From the NCBI GenBank assembly GCA_035307385.1, contig DATGID010000062.1, positions 178,406 to 242,405 of the forward strand: DNA of 64,000 nt, read 5' to 3'. The notes beneath the pieces were generated by a model. That model saw nothing but the letters and a program-made list of their open reading frames with translations, was not told where the DNA came from and made no database searches. A program made the translations under genes and the position numbers. Shown here piece after piece: positions 59,353 through 64,000 of the stretch (position 1 is its first letter; every line of letters begins with the position of its first letter). Origin of the DNA: Ktedonobacterales bacterium (GTDB lineage: Bacteria > Chloroflexota > Ktedonobacteria > Ktedonobacterales > DATBGS01).

Positions 59353-62300
59353 ATGAGCATTCTTACCAAGATCATGGGTGATCCCAACGAGCGCGAGCTA
59401 AAAAAAATTCGGCCCATCGTTGCCCGCATCAACGATCTGGAGCCGGAGATTGAAAAGCTGAGCGACGAGGAGTTGCGTGGCAAAACCGCTGAGTTCCGCC
59501 AATTGATTGATGCCGCCGTCGAAGACGCCGAAGATGAAGAAGAAGCGGCAAAGCAGCGCAACGAGATGCTCGATGAACTCTTGCCGGAAGCCTTCGCCGT
59601 CGTGCGCGAAGCAGGCAGACGCTCGATTGGCATGCGCCATTACGATGTGCAGATGATTGGCGGCATCGTGCTGCACCAGGGCAAGATCGCCGAAATGGGC
59701 ACGGGCGAAGGCAAGACGCTGGTCGCCACCTTGCCATCCTACCTCAACGCCCTGACCAGCCTGGGCGTGCATATCGTCACCGTCAACGACTACCTTGCCA
59801 AACGTGACCGCGAATGGATGGGGCGCATCCACGAATTTCTGGGGCTGAGTGTTGGCGTCATCCTGACCACGCAAAACCCCATGGGGCCAGAACGCCGCGA
59901 AGCTTATCAAGCCGATATTACCTATGGTACCAACAATGAACTGGGCTTCGATTATCTGCGCGACAACATGGCCGCTGATCTTGCCCTGTGCGCCCAGCGC
60001 CCGCTCAATTACGCCATCGTTGACGAAGTGGATAACATCCTGATCGACGAGGCCCGCACGCCGCTGATTATCTCCGGCCAGGCTGAAGAATCCGCCGAGA
60101 TGTACGCCAAGTTCGCCAGACTCGTCCCGCGCCTCAAAGAAGAAGAAGATTACCTCGTCGATTTGAAGTCCCATACCGTCGCCATCCTCGACCCTGGCAT
60201 CGAAAAGATGGAGCGTATGCTGGGCGTCAAAAATATCTATGCCGACATGAACTTGACGCGCTACCTGGACAATGCCCTCAAAGCGCAGGCGCTCTTCAAG
60301 CGCGATAAAGACTACCTCGTTCGTGATGGCGAAGTCATCATCGTCGATGAATTTACGGGCCGCCTGATGATTGGCCGCCGCTATAACGAAGGGCTGCATC
60401 AGGCTATCGAAGCCAAAGAAAACGTCAAGGTCCAGAACGAAAATCGCACCATCGCCACCGTCACCTTCCAGAATTATTTCCGCCTCTATAAAAAGCTGGC
60501 GGGCATGACCGGCACAGCGCTGACCGAGGCCGAAGAGTTCAACAAGATTTATAAGTTGGATGTAATAACCATTCCTACCAACAAGCCAAGGATTCGCGAC
60601 GACATGGCCGACCTGATCTACAAGTCGGAAGAAGGCAAGTTCGACGCGGTGGTCGAAGAGATCAAGCTGCGCCATGAGGCGGGGCAGCCAGTGCTGGTGG
60701 GCACGACCTCCGTCGAACTCTCGGAATATCTGAGCGAGAAGCTGAATCGTCAGGGCATCGAACACAACGTGTTGAACGCGAAGTTCCACGAAAAAGAGGC
60801 GCACGTCATCGCCAATGCTGGCAAGACCGGCGCTGTCACCATTGCTACCAATATGGCTGGCCGGGGCACCGACATTTTGCTAGGCGGCAATCCTGACGAA
60901 CTGGTCGATAGCATCCTGCGCGAATGGGACATCGATCTGGACATGGCAAGCGAAGATGACCGCGCCGAGGCGCTGGAAGAAGCAAAGAAGCGCTGCGAAG
61001 AAGATCGCAAGCGTGTGCTGCGCGTGGAGCAACTGCGCGCCTGCCAGACCGTTGACCAGCATCTTCAGGACATCTACGCGGAACGCAAGATCGACCCCGA
61101 CGAAGCCACCAGCGAGCAGCGCCAGAAAGCCGAGGCCGATGCCCGCAAGCGCTACGCTCGTTATCTGCGTCACTTTGAAGACGAAGTGCTGCAAGAAAAA
61201 GAAATTGACCCGGAAACAGCCACGCCCGAACAGCGCAAATCAGTTGCCAAAGAGGCCGATCAGCGCCGGGCCGAACAATACGAGCGCGAAATGAGCATGC
61301 GCGGGCTGCACATCATCGGCACCGAACGCCACGAAGCGCGCCGCATCGACAACCAGCTTCGTGGCCGCTCGGGCCGCCAGGGCGACCCCGGCTCGTCGCG
61401 CTTCTATCTCTCGCTGCAAGACGAACTGATGCGCCGCTTCGGCACGGACCGTGTTGCCGGATTGATGGACCGCATCGGCATGGATGACAGCATGCCCATC
61501 GAAAGCCCGCTGGCGAGCAAATTCATTGAACAGGCGCAAACTAAGGTTGAGGGTTTTAACTTCGACATTCGTAAAAACGTCGTCGATTATGATGATGTGA
61601 TCGCCAAGCAGCGCGAAGTCATCTATGCCGACCGACGCGCAATCCTGGAGCGCGCCAATCTGCGCTCGAAGATTCTGCAAATGATCGAAGCGGAAATTGA
61701 GCGCATCGTCGCTGCCCATACGCAGGCTCCCTCACCCGACAACTGGAACCTGGATGAACTCATCCAGACGCTCAAACCCTGGTTCGAGGTGCCAGACGAT
61801 ATTTTCCCCGACAACCTCAATACCCTCCGGCGCGAGGTGTTGATTGAGAAGCTTATCAAGCTGGCCCGCAAGACGTATAAAGCCAAAGAAGAGAAGGTGC
61901 GGCAGGAATTCACTGAAGAAGGTGAAGACAAAGGCACTGAGATCATGCGCTCTGTGGAGCGTCAGTTCATGCTGCAAGTGGTCGACCGGCTCTGGATGGA
62001 CCACATCGACGCGATAGATGTCTTGCGCGCGGGCATTGGCCTGCGCGGCGTGGGCCAGCGCGACCCCAAAGTCGAGTTCCAGCGCGAAGCCTTTGCCATG
62101 TTCGATGACCTCAAGCTTGCCATCCAGCACGACATCGCCGACCAGATGATGCGCGTCCAGATTACGCGGAAAATCGAGGAACAACCCAAGCCCAAAGCCA
62201 TGCCGCGCAATATGCGCACCAACCTGGAGCAGATTGCCGCCGCCAGCCGCCAGGCGAAATCAGATGGCGCGGGCGGCGTGCGCGCTCCGAAAGCGCTGCC

Positions 62301-62565
62301 GATGCCTTCCGGCAATGGTAATGGACACAGCAAAGTGAACGGGCACGGCAAACCAGGCCAGGCTGCGCGCACTCAGGGGCCACAGCCCAAACCCAAGCAG
62401 CAACCTGTCATGGCCGGGGCGCGCGGACCACAGCAGGCGCAAAAAGCAGGAGCCAGGCCAGCCGCGCAAGGGCCATCACAGCCCATCGACCCGCGCCACA
62501 TTGGTCGCAACGACCCCTGTTACTGCGGCAGCGGCAAGAAGTACAAGCTCTGCCACGGGAAATAA
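59353..62565 (+). CDS. secA: preprotein translocase ATPase SecA, with an enlarged insertion in NBD2 and a C-terminal zinc-binding tail
   Basis: DEAD-like motor motifs include GEGKTLVA and the region ending [38 protein letters not shown]. The C-terminal [15 protein letters not shown] is present. Start at 59353 (MSILTKIMG) with RBS AAGGGG. Confidence 0.95.
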   Translation: MSILTKIMGDPNERELKKIRPIVARINDLEPEIEKLSDEELRGKTAEFRQLIDAAVEDAEDEEEAAKQRNEMLDELLPEAFAVVREAGRRSIGMRHYDVQMIGGIVLHQGKIAEMGTGEGKTLVATLPSYLNALTSLGVHIVTVNDYLAKRDREWMGRIHEFLGLSVGVILTTQNPMGPERREAYQADITYGTNNELGFDYLRDNMAADLALCAQRPLNYAIVDEVDNILIDEARTPLIISGQAEESAEMYAKFARLVPRLKEEEDYLVDLKSHTVAILDPGIEKMERMLGVKNIYADMNLTRYLDNALKAQALFKRDKDYLVRDGEVIIVDEFTGRLMIGRRYNEGLHQAIEAKENVKVQNENRTIATVTFQNYFRLYKKLAGMTGTALTEAEEFNKIYKLDVITIPTNKPRIRDDMADLIYKSEEGKFDAVVEEIKLRHEAGQPVLVGTTSVELSEYLSEKLNRQGIEHNVLNAKFHEKEAHVIANAGKTGAVTIATNMAGRGTDILLGGNPDELVDSILREWDIDLDMASEDDRAEALEEAKKRCEEDRKRVLRVEQLRACQTVDQHLQDIYAERKIDPDEATSEQRQKAEADARKRYARYLRHFEDEVLQEKEIDPETATPEQRKSVAKEADQRRAEQYEREMSMRGLHIIGTERHEARRIDNQLRGRSGRQGDPGSSRFYLSLQDELMRRFGTDRVAGLMDRIGMDDSMPIESPLASKFIEQAQTKVEGFNFDIRKNVVDYDDVIAKQREVIYADRRAILERANLRSKILQMIEAEIERIVAAHTQAPSPDNWNLDELIQTLKPWFEVPDDIFPDNLNTLRREVLIEKLIKLARKTYKAKEEKVRQEFTEEGEDKGTEIMRSVERQFMLQVVDRLWMDHIDAIDVLRAGIGLRGVGQRDPKVEFQREAFAMFDDLKLAIQHDIADQMMRVQITRKIEEQPKPKAMPRNMRTNLEQIAAASRQAKSDGAGGVRAPKALPMPSGNGNGHSKVNGHGKPGQAARTQGPQPKPKQQPVMAGARGPQQAQKAGARPAAQGPSQPIDPRHIGRNDPCYCGSGKKYKLCHGK

Positions 62566-62567
62566 GA

Positions 62568-62630
62568 GATGATGAAGAGAAGCCACCGGCGTCGCCTGGA
62601 AGGCGACGCCGGTGGCTTCTCTTCATCATC
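62568..62630. terminator. perfect 29-bp-stem hairpin exactly filling the gap between the convergent secA and hbd stop codons
   Basis: GATGATGAAGAGAAGCCACCGGCGTCGCC - TGGAA - GGCGACGCCGGTGGCTTCTCTTCATCATC. Confidence 0.55.
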
Positions 62631-63494
62631 TCACAACTCGCTCATGTTATAGAAGCCGCGGCCATTCTTCTTGCCAAAGCGCCGAAGCAGGACCATCCTT
62701 TTGAGCAGCGGCGGCGGCGCGTAGATCGGGTCTTTGAACTCCTCGTAGATAGCCTCCGCAGCGTAAAGCGTCGTATCCAGCCCCACATAATCGAGCAGTT
62801 CAAACGGCCCCATCGGATAGCCGCAGCCCAGCTTCATGCTCGTGTCGATGTCTTCCATCGTCGCAAAGCCTTGCTCATACATGCGCACTGCCGCCAGCAT
62901 ATAGGGAATCAGCAAGAAATTGACGATGAAGCCCGCGCGGTCCTTGGCAACCACGGGCGTTTTGCCCAGCGAGCGCGCAAAACTCTTCAACGTCTCCACC
63001 GTCTCGTCGCTGGTGGCAATCGTGCGCACCACTTCCACCAGCTTCATCACCGGTGCTGGATTAAAAAAGTGCAGCCCGGCAATGCGGTCCTGGCGATTGG
63101 TAGAGGCCGCCATCTCGGTAATGGTTAGCGACGAGGTGTTGGTGGCAATCAGCGCTTCAGGCCGCAGAATGCGATCAAGATGAGGAAAGAGTTGAAGCTT
63201 CTTTTCCATATTCTCAACTATCACCTCAATCACCAGATCGCAGTCGCGAAAATCTTCCAGGTTCAGCGTGCTGCGCAGCCGCCCGCGCGCCTCCTGCGCC
63301 TGCGCTTCGCTGAGCTTCTGCTTGCCCACCAGCATATCCCACGCGCCGTAAATGCGCCCCAGCCCCTTATCAAGCAGTTCCTGGTTGACCTCATGCACAA
63401 TCGTCTCATATCCCGACTGCGCGCAGGTCTGGGCAATACCGCTGCCCATCAACCCGCAACCAATCACCCCGACCCGTTTAATCTCAATCGCCAT
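62631..63494 (-). CDS. hbd: 3-hydroxybutyryl-CoA / 3-hydroxyacyl-CoA dehydrogenase
   Basis: The NAD-binding motif is VGVIGCGLMGSGIAQ. The C-terminal domain is typical of the family. 287 aa. Confidence 0.85.
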   Translation of the reverse strand: MAIEIKRVGVIGCGLMGSGIAQTCAQSGYETIVHEVNQELLDKGLGRIYGAWDMLVGKQKLSEAQAQEARGRLRSTLNLEDFRDCDLVIEVIVENMEKKLQLFPHLDRILRPEALIATNTSSLTITEMAASTNRQDRIAGLHFFNPAPVMKLVEVVRTIATSDETVETLKSFARSLGKTPVVAKDRAGFIVNFLLIPYMLAAVRMYEQGFATMEDIDTSMKLGCGYPMGPFELLDYVGLDTTLYAAEAIYEEFKDPIYAPPPLLKRMVLLRRFGKKNGRGFYNMSEL

Positions 63495-63545
63495 TGATCG
63501 TATCTCCTTCTTGGAGCTTCCCCGCGTAAGTGGGGACAGCTTTGA

Positions 63546-64000
63546 TTATGGATGCTCCTGGGCAAACGCCTGCCACTTCTGAACCACAGAGGCAATCTTG
63601 GGCCGCCCATTCTCGCGCCGCTCGGCTGGCGGACTCCAGGCCCCGTGGGTTACTGCCGCCTCTTTGCGCAGCGCGCCCAGCACCGAAAAATAGCGCATCT
63701 CTTCGGGCAGAAAAAGCTCGCCCGCTCCGGGCGTTTGCTCGAAATAAAAATACTGCCCATGCTGCGCGTACCACTCGCGTATCTCCGCCAGTGTCGGGGC
63801 GGGATGCGGATGATACGCCGCGAGATCAAGCTGAAGCTGTCCAAAAGGAAAGCAGTGCAGGTGCGCGTGAAAGACCGTCTGGCGAAAAATGCCATGCTCG
63901 AAAAAGACCGGCTGGCGATAGGCCCAGCGCAAGAACTCGTCGGCCCGGGCTTTCATCTGCAAAAACTCGGCCTCAAGCTGGGCGGGCACCGTGCCATAGC
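63546..64000 (-). CDS. HIT-superfamily protein (histidine triad-like), 5' end beyond the window edge
   Basis: HAHLHCFP resembles the HIT H-x-H-x-H motif. The ORF is open to the end of the window. Confidence 0.5.
   Translation of the reverse strand, partial: YGTVPAQLEAEFLQMKARADEFLRWAYRQPVFFEHGIFRQTVFHAHLHCFPFGQLQLDLAAYHPHPAPTLAEIREWYAQHGQYFYFEQTPGAGELFLPEEMRYFSVLGALRKEAAVTHGAWSPPAERRENGRPKIASVVQKWQAFAQEHP

Overview
This is a high-GC (~60%+) bacterial chromosomal window, densely coded on both strands. I found no rRNA, tRNA or CRISPR. Gene content suggests a Chloroflexota, possibly Ktedonobacteria-like, organism, but this is a low-confidence inference. The evidence for it is the split cytochrome b6/subunit IV plus Rieske complex, RicT/YaaT, an ANTAR regulator, lamin-tail-domain and Pro/Thr-rich surface proteins, and several membrane-embedded sensor kinases. 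Most of the window is housekeeping: pyrF, rsfS, htrA-like protease, ftsH, mogA, corA, a lipoate ligase, dppA, alaS, ruvX, mltG, uppP, tlyA, secA and hbd. The parts that most deserve attention are: (1) an operon encoding a b6-type cytochrome bc complex whose fourth subunit is a membrane-anchored monoheme cytochrome c fused to an amicyanin-like cupredoxin. It lies divergent to a NarX/NarL-type two-component system. The shared intergenic region carries two tandem 7-2-7 TACCTGA-type palindromes and a near-consensus sigma70 promoter. (2) An FdrA / DUF1116 / DUF2877 triad (homologues of the E. coli AllF/AllG/AllH oxamate carbamoyltransferase) with a PucR-type regulator, split by an IS605-type TnpB remnant plus an Arc-like RHH gene. 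(3) An acyl-CoA cluster: aryl/benzoate-CoA ligase-like, GNAT, crotonase, CoA-transferase A/B, with hbd nearby. (4) A GT4-like glycosyltransferase paired with a GH57 enzyme. (5) Several convergent gene pairs separated by unusually long perfect GC-rich hairpins (stems of 16-29 bp). (6) A 648-aa Pro-rich protein of unknown function inserted between alaS and ruvX, and a 630-aa polytopic membrane protein downstream of the bc operon. Many long antisense ORFs in the six-frame track are high-GC artefacts and were rejected.
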